From: an uncultured Clostridia bacterium | GTDB taxonomy: Bacteria; Bacillota; Clostridia; Christensenellales; UBA1242 | Reading direction: 5' to 3' | DNA: 52,896 bases | Assembly (NCBI GenBank): GCA_937891595.1 | Contig: CALATF010000069.1 | Coordinates: 1-52,896 of the forward strand | In this document: in pieces, positions 15,001 to 20,070 of the stretch | Numbering within the stretch: the first letter of the stretch is position 1 | How the letters are laid out: each line of letters starts with the position of its first letter | Program-made: the position numbers and the translations under genes | The notes under the pieces: model-generated | What the model was told of the DNA's origin: nothing | What the model saw: only the letters and a program-made list of their open reading frames with translations | The model's database searches: none

Positions 15001-17064
15001 GTTGTTTATGATTATAATGCTTATTACAATACAGATGTAAATAACTATGAAAATAAAAACCTAGTTATTTCTGTAAAAGTAATTAGAGGTAATTTAGATG
15101 CAAGTTTATTTAAACCAAACGACATGACTCTTAAATTCCCATCATCTACTATAACAGATATTAATATGTTATTAAACGCAGGTTACAAACTAGTTTCTAT
15201 AACAAGTGATAATGGCTATGTAGATATTAAAGCTAGAGATGCTCTAACACCACAAGTTTATACAGTTAAAATAGCTTATGACCCTACATTTGATAGTTCA
15301 TTTAAAACTGAGATTTTTGGACCAGCAAATAAATTTAATATTGTTTATAACGATGTTGAATTAACAGTTACTAAAGGAACTATGACTTCAAAATCAATTA
15401 TTGATTTATTAAGCAATAGTAATAATTTTGAAATTGATTATGTATTAGGTTTAACAACTGGAAATAGTGGAATTGTTTTACCACCTAACTTTAAATTTAA
15501 AGATGAAAGCCAAAAACTTAAAGTTTCATCTAACGATAAAGGAAATAAATGTTACCTTGTATACGAAAATGACAATTATTACGTCTATGGAGATGATTCT
15601 GACGAAGAATTCTTTATTCTCGTAAGAGTTAATGCTCCAGCACAACTTTATGTTGAAGCTGACCAAACTAGCGACGAAGTAGTAAATGGTAATATTTATC
15701 GTGATTGGAATGATGCTTTAGGTAACAATAGTGTTCCTGTTATTGTTAAATACTTAAATGGAAACACAAAAGAAGTTGTCCCTGGCACTGCTTACTGGTT
15801 GCAACCAGAACTACAACCTTCTAATGTTGGGCTAGGTACTTATCAAGTTAAGTTCTATCCGGCTGATAATAATATATTAGCTGAAGGAACATATATGGTT
15901 CTTGATGTTAAAGTATTTGTTGGTGGCGCAGAACCTAACACACATACTATTAAATTTGATAATCAAGAATTAAATTATTCTAGAGCAGGTACACTACAAA
16001 GAATTAACAGGGTATACACAACAGATAGCTCTTTAATTTATGTAAATGATAGAAACATAACTTATACATATAAGAGCTTTGTTACAGGTGAATCTGGACC
16101 TCATTATAGCGATGAATTCCCATTAAATTATTCAAAAGCTTTAGATGTTGGTAATTATGTTATTACAGCATACTTTACTGGTCCTGACTGCGATTTCTAT
16201 AAGGAAGAATTAAAATCATTTAAGATTGAAATGACTTTAGTTATTAATCCAACCAAATTAGAAATAACATTACCAAGCTTTGAAAGAACATATGGTGACT
16301 ATGAAATTGCTAATGATGAAATAAAAGCTACTGGGGTTGAAAGCTTAGATGGCACTGAATTTATAGGGGATTATTCAATCGGTTTATACCTTGAACCGGA
16401 GGGTATTAACCCTGTAGAATTGAATAGATTCACTAACGCTGGAAATTATTACATAGTTTTAATTTTAGCTACCGATAAGTTGGGCGATAACTACATTTAC
16501 GAAGGTTCTGGTATATATGTTTCTACTTACACAATTAATAGAAAAGAAATATATAATTATGACCTTATAATTAATGGTATGTTAAGAGAAGATGGTACTA
16601 AATTAAATGATAAGATTGTTGTTAAATTTGATGAAAGTTTATTCTATAACAATCAAGTACCAGAATATGAAGTAAAATTCATGAAAGATGGTCACTATGT
16701 AACAAGTGTAATTTCTAAGGGTACTTATAAAGTAAGTATTGTGTTTACAGATAACAATTACTTTACTAACAAAGTAATGACTTTTGTAGTACACGAAGGT
16801 CAAACTTACAAGAACTTAGGTTTAATTATTGCTATTGTTGCAATAGCTTCAGTAAGTGCGGTAATTATAGTTATTCTTATAAGGGTTAGAAGAATTAAAA
16901 ATAAAAACGCAATTCAAAAAGTTCAATATAGACGAATAAAATCATCTTTAAAGAAAAATGAAGAGGAAAACAATTCTAATAACCAAAATTTAGATAGTAA
17001 CAATTCAAATAATAATTTGATTAACAATAATAACCAAAATAATAACGGGCAAAATAATAGTTAA
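1..17064 (+). CDS. Giant repeat-rich cell-surface protein (putative adhesin), 5'-partial; at least 5687 codons visible
   Basis: Frame 1 is open from nt 1 (HYINGTHWIAIGIEEHSGKQ...), so the TTG at 178 is only the ORF caller's first start codon and has no SD before it. The frame is uninterrupted for 17 kb in AT-rich DNA. It contains GGAIY/GGSIY Pmp-like repeats and many modules with Y-x-G ... N-[AV]-G-x-Y ... NY ... W-x-I signatures. The C-terminus has a 22-aa hydrophobic helix followed by RVRRIKNKN. Stop is TAA TAA, followed by a terminator. Confidence 0.9.
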   Translation, partial: HYINGTHWIAIGIEEHSGKQITLGYRKVEIVTNINITLSGGVTIEDLYANTTYNSNDGRLPRILINGVDYYGQMLDDFAKLYGTDIDIPGRISFALDIFSFSTIGMANVYLKFVPNDTARYNEITFIVQAEVASENLYYMSLDQGTGFYTSLDAYKNGSIMPIIDEDTGSYMKLSKALQKTRNIIMLHTYEVTENETVILGSDTGKEILRGKDIDNILFDGILIHVNEGKSLSIEYTSVNSNFSITGGAKWGWSTIGPADGANNSADIANAPLVVVEEGAKFIAKNISLLNNDNFDSFEIQDEQSIMYANGSDNSYTKGGAIYTKGEVELHGVIISGNKAGAGGAIYAENTAQVNISSYTNEDGIFIKQSIIENNAAQYVGGSIYFADKVNSDVNAHVLKGVKILNNRATEANIYLGRYQNLTATSSENANFVIYNGSIEYVANAFSVGINARLILGSQEYNTLVIDGQLMFVIEDKDINYRGIVNQQSKLIDDTTLGAIGRIEISLGFINDSFKNYVESAKSLIGQTIVDEGNAFANADELVTQKFEQAIDNVLNSLVAKTLIEGNDIPFDDSVYYLDENNQKQLRYVLSNFNISQSSMQTNAYTAALIPTRNSYNIVLGANRTIDFIIDRDYAKNANGTFTQFTKTGTLTYVYGQTYADLFDIEQSLIKFNVDVTKFNLSFIDSSQVGDLVSNVSIDRYGNVSKQGYKLAGLKYNYNNVHSYSEVLSANPNIGDYIELIWEYDVVDYVITTDKIEADYTSGDVITLTATINNYIQNLPLLNENNSSISYMYSWYKVVDGVSISLGIQTTISNTIELKLSDCSQSGTYGLEIYVSGQVEHSDIEAQRKTITINPMKIEVTLNNSNVEYSGEVQNILELAKTNTINGVKDGPHFVFKEFGNRDVSSLLEIIVNSIIATGTYEASDANPEGEIYTFKIGAIENSNFIFETKNTGSEISWSISKKEIEIDGWQDICNENGLYYSLPYDYAQGVYHFLIPIALPDGNGKNGILPNGEFTVGLSVNGVPYGTIYYKNNNGTIIMQKSGEMTSGNVGFTNRGDYVVTLQTTVGNYKFNVDTFKWAISGSTAIISGWSLKNDSQEETYLTSDFANNYYAVDLTAEDKQLEYAGSNGYSINVAFTTGVNEKITEGLYVKAEIFKGTPTPYGDIIYQRIVGVPVIGDGEEYIRYVDTSAYVNENNYSQFFVKVGQSYQTPTEYNSQTTYYRQEKGVLVTDIANEINKLELFKDVGYYKIKLSIVETFIAVSGVTADNYTEYYLKDSNDKYYAASNAPFNTQNIYYKLVSNYKQIDETITNSDGTQQPARDYSLAFGIKKQTIKLSYVLTQRPREDDESKGIQGYLDEFLAKSNYNEDRLLTKGFDFIAVDNGNGLEITEASYNGDTWYLYAVAYLKYNDNHNELHNQRILISDMSSLKVNFTNIDKVLPYVITSSFSERKEDNHFKNNYQIEEEFETVSVQLKKAIISIRKSGDDPEIPLYQTWYQGITNSYKPTLYWNYYKEGEGFIQQDYEGGLGLLSFDYYYYPNATNDKPYEYDESRVYSTGLSDLGYYICYPNSDRLVDTNFKFASEDKNEYIWIQVNPQKLGLEWNYVNFNNITNGWNADTITIVGEDESNFTKYEVQYDSFVHVAYPEFTFDPEINVNDENVGARLSISGGVSDFIFVTGIIASDKITINTTEFYVVYQNKLTDGTWLTSSDDLLKSTYKDFISMVNANTEYSYIFEAFCIRDEEGNLKDVDYYQTESNNVKFLTITPKVITKDNFKWQYTNTALDSGNQTEIFSKTDENGIYYVLYNAYSYLVTILLDESALAENDKLAKVEDQNSADLTEISFLDYLNSSGIITYNNNSKINATESYYTSSIVGFVSTITNYTFENTHKNFNWKIAPLPVEVTWEADKNLVYTGNKFTRGIASLSVPEAFSYARVVYKLGGVELNVDEGVVNAGYYDTEVYFEGGNYIAHYGSTGNSQFVIGKQKVEITWTSHTSDFKYDATQKYYYPVTSATGIKLIVKLSRGSTTIATETIDNPVTDNYIAKIEAINSFKEVGTYKAQIELASDLAQNFEISGSAEASWIITQKELDYNNVYIKIGDYYQPYYDEHGKINHTRIYNGAEQTFEFALIDLDLIDFDSKDENGNPNITAQAYIKASYVEEQTNAIISGTLTNNKATDVSSNYYATFAFDNKAETNGKNYIFKSGVSTLNTAPRINYIINAQSVKFIWSNVELSYNGSSIIPKLEEISNSKNLDDDELVEKLNELALYNNSPVVTMSRTDENYKIHDRDAIGIDVAISGYEIYYYERPNDDGRLVDFISIPGTYRIKVTGLVSKNNKACNYTADGAGDTAWCEITVKAGSLKIEWDYVYNLTWNKDSNEVTYSGEQKPLYMFVSKPSVLPQGISVEYKKKVGNTWVALGSEKECINVGEYSLIVGESNTSMYEIEGGKQTVTWKILPFKVSFGLYPYEFEYTGENLQNRSFIIKTQVPDAKLDFKYTSTLVDKDGHATGGGAVNVGTYYSIVTIGENPNDERTANYISDGEIISWSITPKTISASWKEITNNIFSGQAIYPEPSIKESVVDNDKSKNFGFVYNITYTYNGESSTDGLTGVTDFSGCVMVGSYSCSIVGILLGIDDYNNYKIDDNTATKKWTIETKTISVTWGEYDSNGATVIGGENRSSFVFDGTQKIVGVYNIEGLVDNYANVTFDYTDNNGIFAKSYTAKVLLSPADSTVNRNYKISYEFYSWKITPQVLNIVWNGFGGFDGSRNVASGTDITTLVRYNALPNGFAPEVTETFELVLQDGTTKELTIKIVALKKNGEDTNVSLSKRNDSEYSTFELANINGGSYTWEVTKFEVYEGNYLIIEDEIIKSFVLPTSANKKLTWVISKQEISISAPEYTYIGKEINFEAIVNNVPEKENNTNLLTYYAHNSSTRIDVPNGLDAGNYIYTVQISTENASNYVFEGNKISTQITFTIKKATLLFGEWEDNNSFAYNGTKQYRKPKENNVYFQDKEANNIPVVYPGTEAKYSYELTIYKKDLSGAYNIVTTNEECSACGDYRVKITLPANSNFVIPAENELAFESTYSIVKSDSIEIIPYVNAGDVNGVNEDEKTTFILFLVVITDEINCMNMLAPTGTLSIETGGENRGSFTKALQQSTSSPITESLFTRYPKLKEDGIPVAQYAWAEVSYTEKETNKDGYPLTYSYSGGTNYNALAEENVKVYPSNVAQDTVKVYYYLQNASGIIDVDENSNISISYSDIVTFFVTGGTALTSSGTYKINVNNSMVSSQYSLSGLENYINSGVAKVTEIIIPDSNNDTRIANFSGVYKTGAVQIKIQFIKPSGQNLYKLTGVKASGSDDEKSYMETSSAKELTISVSKKAINITVPESEMRYGQNVDNLIITTTGKFVIEGAVIQSDIEALEKGEGLTLVYAHPDYSADNISAGNYPGSVSVRLDSNSNYVLNVITKGTLKVTGQELKESDLEITIDDSTCIYDGTAKRPTVIVKYKGNAINVDLDYIEGQDLINAGKKSFIISLKDNFIGTINKTYTIFPFDIKNASYDAYLTQEEMYNGDRGVEKNLVNATNNRSYITIPVTNYQLANLTNYVVSYSSNINVGTAQMVFTACGNNTTGKKTLQFNIIPQTIVVSESTTLNVLGTTSLPYTGTERSFTITDVAIDGQLYRFEDSNMYYDSNKVALGEDIKPVNAGTYYKLVNIVGLVGDANNNYTGEVYCVCQVTPIDINSNSVTVSNISAQKFNNSAITPDVLVKFNETVLKTNIDYSLSYDKNIDASTNAEVILTGTGNFNGTRVIKFVINPLNLQEISNRLIVRYAKEYSFSGLAIQPEASDITVTYGTDEVTFVITGYSSNKEASSNAIIYIEGNQNYTGECSINFTINPYLIQNSNQDVVVKFVDDVHIYTGKGIEPAISSVFVGGFRVEDYYVAYSNNINVTTQAEAKIIFDVDDNYKNYTGSYTAYFEISKKTLNNQDFVISWEDKGDKIDSLTSSVYSVTYDGAEFEPMVYLYEKTIIDDNGESKIIYNRLASSVSYTLTYNNNKNASTNSKAVVVILGQGNYQGDLFTEFTINQMSINDQALNIEVQDAYYNAGKDVFAEVNISFYNERTKQTITLVNDIDFDLEFNNNINRGTATVIITGKGNYKDTITNAIPFNILPVSLSSLSSSLGVIADQEYTGEEIEPTTSIIINHNSLILEEGKHFEVSYDSNLNIGTASVLITGINNYTGTISRTFNIVSRKLTSQGFNFIVHDVFYTGAPVELTEDDYSYTFNGKELSLGSDYKIVEYNNNTSAGLASVTVSGLGNFEGEATYYFDILSSIYSDNWPITLNRDIYRYTGQQILPQPIVVANGRELENNKDYKLSYLNNIDISHSYNSQNGMWETSLTEATLPKVVITFMGNYSGQAFVNFKIGVVEVTAEDIELTVRPVVYTGQAINLGQNDITVALKAIEGAPKVDLVYGVDYVITSNTNNVNAGKGILTLTFSNNKIGTVSFEYDISALNLSSPDVLFNIQNQQYTGSEIEIDFSNKILFNSTALVEGEDFEVDYSLNGDRKVISRNEGSNPYLVKITGKGNFTGSVTLTFNVVERELDLHNFTFQILNQIIYNYGYAVELASDDFEYKFNGNTLILGTDFTLSYDNNFNAGTAKVYIQGMGNYAGKVEYTFDIAKRQISQDYVTFTNNQNTVYTGSEIKFGEFEINISNSIGTLIETLVVSDEGSFPQVVYDNNLNVTQQGATITLTFDENEQGNYYSTQPIVLTFSILTKAYNSQDFYIDAIPSQTYTGALITPKFGEDDIDAISYNTKELQSGIDYTLSYANNLNIGYATVYINFRGNFTGVATVNFNIVKAKAVFDYDYKVVLSSLDTSTIIDFNDDESLKIRYQENLTLGDLKVIYLNSENGIIEVISGLEWRTPSTAIQSVGEMTFKAIFNPDESMYSEQFIDINFVVYKGEHADIQTEVIEVSFKKGLTLKDIQLPENTFWEDETISLNDVELDVVYDYNAYYNTDVNNYENKNLVISVKVIRGNLDASLFKPNDMTLKFPSSTITDINMLLNAGYKLVSITSDNGYVDIKARDALTPQVYTVKIAYDPTFDSSFKTEIFGPANKFNIVYNDVELTVTKGTMTSKSIIDLLSNSNNFEIDYVLGLTTGNSGIVLPPNFKFKDESQKLKVSSNDKGNKCYLVYENDNYYVYGDDSDEEFFILVRVNAPAQLYVEADQTSDEVVNGNIYRDWNDALGNNSVPVIVKYLNGNTKEVVPGTAYWLQPELQPSNVGLGTYQVKFYPADNNILAEGTYMVLDVKVFVGGAEPNTHTIKFDNQELNYSRAGTLQRINRVYTTDSSLIYVNDRNITYTYKSFVTGESGPHYSDEFPLNYSKALDVGNYVITAYFTGPDCDFYKEELKSFKIEMTLVINPTKLEITLPSFERTYGDYEIANDEIKATGVESLDGTEFIGDYSIGLYLEPEGINPVELNRFTNAGNYYIVLILATDKLGDNYIYEGSGIYVSTYTINRKEIYNYDLIINGMLREDGTKLNDKIVVKFDESLFYNNQVPEYEVKFMKDGHYVTSVISKGTYKVSIVFTDNNYFTNKVMTFVVHEGQTYKNLGLIIAIVAIASVSAVIIVILIRVRRIKNKNAIQKVQYRRIKSSLKKNEEENNSNNQNLDSNNSNNNLINNNNQNNNGQNNS
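955..1155 (+). repeat. Three polymorphic-membrane-protein-like repeats (GGAIY, GGAIY, GGSIY with interleaved xxNxA strands), predicted parallel beta-helix segment
   Basis: Translated: KGGAIYTKGEVELHGVIISGNKAGAGGAIYAENTAQVNISS...IIENNAAQYVGGSIYFADKV. GGAIY codons lie at 955-969 and 1027-1041, GGSIY at 1141-1155. This matches the GGA[ILV]/FxxN signature of the chlamydial Pmp repeat family, from memory. Confidence 0.6.
10420..14559 (+). repeat. Tandem array of about 16 diverged ~86-aa Ig-like modules inside the giant ORF
   Basis: Recurring consensus Y-[TDN]-G-x2-[IF]-x-P ... L-x2-G-x-D[YF]-x-[VL]-x-Y-x-NN-x-N-x-GTA-x-V-x-[IL]-x-G-x-GN[YF]-x-G ... F-x-I. Examples: NNINRGTATVIITGKGNY, SNLNIGTASVLITGINNYTG, DNNFNAGTAKVYIQGMGNYAG, ANNLNIGYATVYINFRGNFTG. 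1380 aa divided by 16 units. Confidence 0.75.
16816..17061 (+). other. C-terminal membrane anchor (TM helix 16816-16881) plus 60-aa basic then Asn-rich cytoplasmic tail
   Basis: LGLIIAIVAIASVSAVIIVILI is followed by the stop-transfer RVRRIKNKN...YRRIKSSLKK, then EEENNSNNQNLDSNNSNNNLINNNNQNNNGQNNS. No LPXTG precedes the helix. Confidence 0.8.
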
Positions 17065-17078
17065 TAATTAAATTAGAA

Positions 17079-17108
17079 AAAGCAAAGGTTTAAATCCTTT
17101 GCTTTTTT
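17079..17108 (+). terminator. Rho-independent terminator of the giant gene
   Basis: Stem aaagcaaagg (17079-17088) pairs with cctttgcttt (17096-17105), loop tttaaat, then a T-run. Confidence 0.8.
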
Positions 17109-17140
17109 ATATATATTTGTTTTGGTGTGTAATATTTATT

Positions 17141-17149
17141 TGATATAAT
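17141..17149 (+). promoter_or_regulatory. Extended -10 promoter element (TGaTATAAT) for the 413-aa ORF
   Basis: tgatataat sits 48 nt upstream of the ATG at 17197, downstream of the preceding terminator. No good -35 was seen. Confidence 0.4.
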
Positions 17150-17196
17150 TAATTATCTTTTAAAAGAGAAATTTTAAATTTTTTAAGGTTAAACAA

Positions 17197-18438
17197 ATGA
17201 ATATAGAAAGTTTATTGCAAAATACCGGTGCTGTTAGAAACTTGTGTCAAGACATTTGTTGTGAGCTTGATGATTTATCTATTTGTGAAATGTTAAATTT
17301 CAACGAACAAAACCAAGTTAAAGCGTATTATCAAAGTGTTAAAAATGCTATTGAAAAATTAACAGAGTTAGGTTTTTTTAATAAAAGTAATGATAATAAG
17401 GATAAAAAGCAAATTATTGATATAATTTCGTTAATTTTAAAAATAGAAGAAGATGCAAGTAATTTGGTAAAAACAATTTGGGCAAAAGAAATTACTAATA
17501 TAAACGAATTTAATCAAAATAATTTTAAATTATGCGTTAAAAGATTACCATATGATTTTAAAAACTTAGAGAAAAACATTATACAAGCTTTTAATGATAA
17601 ACCTGTTGTATATTCTGCCAACTTAATTTCCAACCTTAATTTAAGCTTAAACCAAAACAGTATAGAAGAAGATAATCTTTCTTTGCCATTTGGAATTGTT
17701 TATGACGTTACCGAACAAAGTTTTGTTATGGCCAGTGATAAAAGTTGCATTTTTAGTTTAAAACAAAAAGATTTTGAAGTTAATGACATGCAAGAAGCTG
17801 TTTTTGGTGACATTAAAGCTTGTATAAAAGGTAATGCCGTAAAAATAAAAACGCCCCAACAAATTATAAACAAAAACTTAAAAAATCCGCTATTTGTTAA
17901 TAGTAACTCAGTAGTATTAGATGCAAAAACAACAAAACCAGTTGCTATATTTTGTTATGGTTACAATATAAAGAAAGTGAATTTGCTTAGAAGAAAGCTT
18001 TCTTTCATAGCAAAAAAATTAAATGTTCCTATAATTAATATTAGTCTTTTAAAATTTTATAGAAACAATAAAGATTATTTTATAAACAATGCTATTTCAA
18101 GAAAAGTTTTTAATAATTTTGTAGATTCCTTAATGTTTGATTTAAATTTATATACAAAATATGATTTTAAAAATGGTGCAAAAAGGTTAATAGGTCTTAA
18201 TACTAATTTAAGATATAACTTTTTGTATAAGTTTGCTATGAATATTAATAACTTTTTAGAAGGTAAAGATATGCCGGATGCAGATATTGCAGATTATATA
18301 GTAGAAATGTTTTTGAAAGCTGTGGAAAAACATAATGCATTAACTAAAAAGCGAGAAAAGGCAAATGGGGCACCGTTATTTTTCCCAGACGAAAAAACAT
18401 TTATAGCTTTACCTAAAGATTTTTTAAGGGAGGAATAA
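17197..18438 (+). CDS. Hypothetical cytoplasmic protein, no recognisable family (413 aa)
   Basis: Clean ORF with a weak SD (AAGG) and its own promoter-like element, bracketed by terminators. No signal peptide or TM segment. N-terminal Cys cluster C-x3-CC-x7-C (LCQDICCELDDLSIC). I recognise no catalytic motif. Confidence 0.7.
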   Translation: MNIESLLQNTGAVRNLCQDICCELDDLSICEMLNFNEQNQVKAYYQSVKNAIEKLTELGFFNKSNDNKDKKQIIDIISLILKIEEDASNLVKTIWAKEITNINEFNQNNFKLCVKRLPYDFKNLEKNIIQAFNDKPVVYSANLISNLNLSLNQNSIEEDNLSLPFGIVYDVTEQSFVMASDKSCIFSLKQKDFEVNDMQEAVFGDIKACIKGNAVKIKTPQQIINKNLKNPLFVNSNSVVLDAKTTKPVAIFCYGYNIKKVNLLRRKLSFIAKKLNVPIINISLLKFYRNNKDYFINNAISRKVFNNFVDSLMFDLNLYTKYDFKNGAKRLIGLNTNLRYNFLYKFAMNINNFLEGKDMPDADIADYIVEMFLKAVEKHNALTKKREKANGAPLFFPDEKTFIALPKDFLREE

Positions 18439-18521
18439 TTTTAACCTATTTCTTTTAAGCATAAAAAATTTATTCCGTAAATTTTTTAATGTTATATGTA
18501 ATAGATTTTTTTGTATATAAT

Positions 18522-18566
18522 AAAAAGCGAAAGTGTGTTTATGCTTTGTAAGCACTTTCGTTTTTT
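18522..18566. terminator. Bidirectional rho-independent terminator between convergent genes
   Basis: cgaaagtg (18528-18535) pairs with cactttcg (18553-18560). It is flanked by an A-run upstream and a T-run downstream. Confidence 0.65.
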
Positions 18567-18650
18567 ATTTGGTTTATTTAGTTTTAAAGTGTATTTGTGT
18601 GCTAAAAAGAAGCAAAAACCATTTTTATAAATTAAATGTTTAAGCACCAC

Positions 18651-19190
18651 TTAGTTTTTCTTTAAAACTATTTTATTATAAGTTTGTGTCATATATTTTT
18701 TGTTTAACACATGGTTTTCGCCTAGTTTTGCTAGGTCGGTGAATACATGCGTAAAAAAAGCTTTCATATTATCATTTGTTTGAGCAAGCGAGCCCCGTTT
18801 TAACCAATGTGTTAAAACCATTTCAGGACTGTAATTGTTGCCCTTATAACACTTTGTGGCGGATATTTTATCACAAATACATTCTACAGCAAATTTATAA
18901 GGAATATTCATTTGAATTTCATTTTCGTTATCATACCAATATTCAATATGGTGTTTGTTTCTATTCTTATGATGAATCCAAGCGTTTGAATAACCATTTT
19001 GTTTTCTGCATTCGCTTATAGGAGAGCGGTCACCAGTATAATATTTTACGCTTTCCCAAAATTCAATTCTGCTATATTTTGATAAATCGTGAACAATTCC
19101 TCGCCAAAAAAGCCCACATTTACAGCATAATTTAAAAACTTCATGTCTATGTTTTGTTATCAATTTTAAATGTTTAAAAAAGTTACTCAT
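18651..19190 (-). CDS. DUF5662-family protein (His-rich, possibly HD-like metal-dependent hydrolase)
   Basis: Motifs KHRHEV...GIVHDLSKY...WIHHKNRNKHHIEYW match my recollection of the DUF5662 family (sometimes mis-annotated as catalase). The start overlaps the upstream gene's stop by 8 nt (ATGAGTAA). Confidence 0.6.
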   Translation of the reverse strand: MSNFFKHLKLITKHRHEVFKLCCKCGLFWRGIVHDLSKYSRIEFWESVKYYTGDRSPISECRKQNGYSNAWIHHKNRNKHHIEYWYDNENEIQMNIPYKFAVECICDKISATKCYKGNNYSPEMVLTHWLKRGSLAQTNDNMKAFFTHVFTDLAKLGENHVLNKKYMTQTYNKIVLKKN

Positions 19191-20070
19191 TTGTATATCC
19201 CATTTTAATAAAGAAATCTTTATATATCTCGTGCCTATTTAAGTCGTTAACAAAAGTTATTTTATGTTTATTTGTTGTATATTTATAAGAAGTATCATCG
19301 AGTATTTCTGGACAGCTTATATCTTGAGTATTAAACCAATCTTTGTTAATAAAATAAGCAATAGCGCTTAAATCCCACAATGTTTTATTTTCCCCAACAA
19401 CATCATTTGGATTTTGTCTATAAGCATTTCTACAATTCTTAAATATTTCGCATAAATAATGGCCTATTTCACCTTGCCCTAATAAGTAATGTTCTAATTC
19501 AAATATTGTTGTAGAAAGATTAGACGCAACATTTCTGCAAGGAATAACAACTAGTGAAACTTTTGAATTATAAACTAATCTTACACCTTCAATGTCTTGT
19601 CTGAAATTAAATTCATTATTCTTTTGGGTTAAAAAACTATTTCCGCCCAACCAAATAATATCAATTTTATTTATTATTTCTGGTGCGTGATAAATTGCAA
19701 GTGCAACATTTGTTATGGCTCCAATAGCAATTATAGTTGTATGTTCGTTTGCTTTTGCTAATTCAATTATTTTTGAAGTAGCAGGGTTAAGTTTTTTACT
19801 TTCAAAAGTATATGATATTGCCCCTTTATATACAATATCTTTATATTCGCTAGCGTTTAACATGTCTAAAATTCTCATGGCTGTTTTAAAAGATAAATCT
19901 GTTCCTTCTACAATAGTTTCAACAGGAGCATAGCCACTTTTTTTAAAAGGAGCAATAGTAATAGCTTGTAAATTAACATTCTTTAAAGACTTAATAAGAT
20001 AACACAAAGCAAACTGGTCATCAACCTCGTTTGAAATATCAGTATCTAATATCAAATTTCTTTTTTGCAT
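19183..20070 (-). CDS. Nucleoside hydrolase (inosine/uridine-preferring IUNH family)
   Basis: N-terminal aspartate cluster LILDTDISNEVDDQFAL, and length and layout typical of the IUNH fold. Overlaps the upstream HAD gene by 19 nt. Confidence 0.75.
   Translation of the reverse strand: MQKRNLILDTDISNEVDDQFALCYLIKSLKNVNLQAITIAPFKKSGYAPVETIVEGTDLSFKTAMRILDMLNASEYKDIVYKGAISYTFESKKLNPATSKIIELAKANEHTTIIAIGAITNVALAIYHAPEIINKIDIIWLGGNSFLTQKNNEFNFRQDIEGVRLVYNSKVSLVVIPCRNVASNLSTTIFELEHYLLGQGEIGHYLCEIFKNCRNAYRQNPNDVVGENKTLWDLSAIAYFINKDWFNTQDISCPEILDDTSYKYTTNKHKITFVNDLNRHEIYKDFFIKMGYTNE

Noticed and set aside
20052-20054. TGA stop of the HAD gene as a hint of genetic code 4 (TGA=Trp)
   Set aside because: Reading through would add only two codons before a TAG. 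All long ORFs are intact under code 11, Trp is encoded by TGG throughout, and other genes end in TAA or TAG. Nothing requires recoding.
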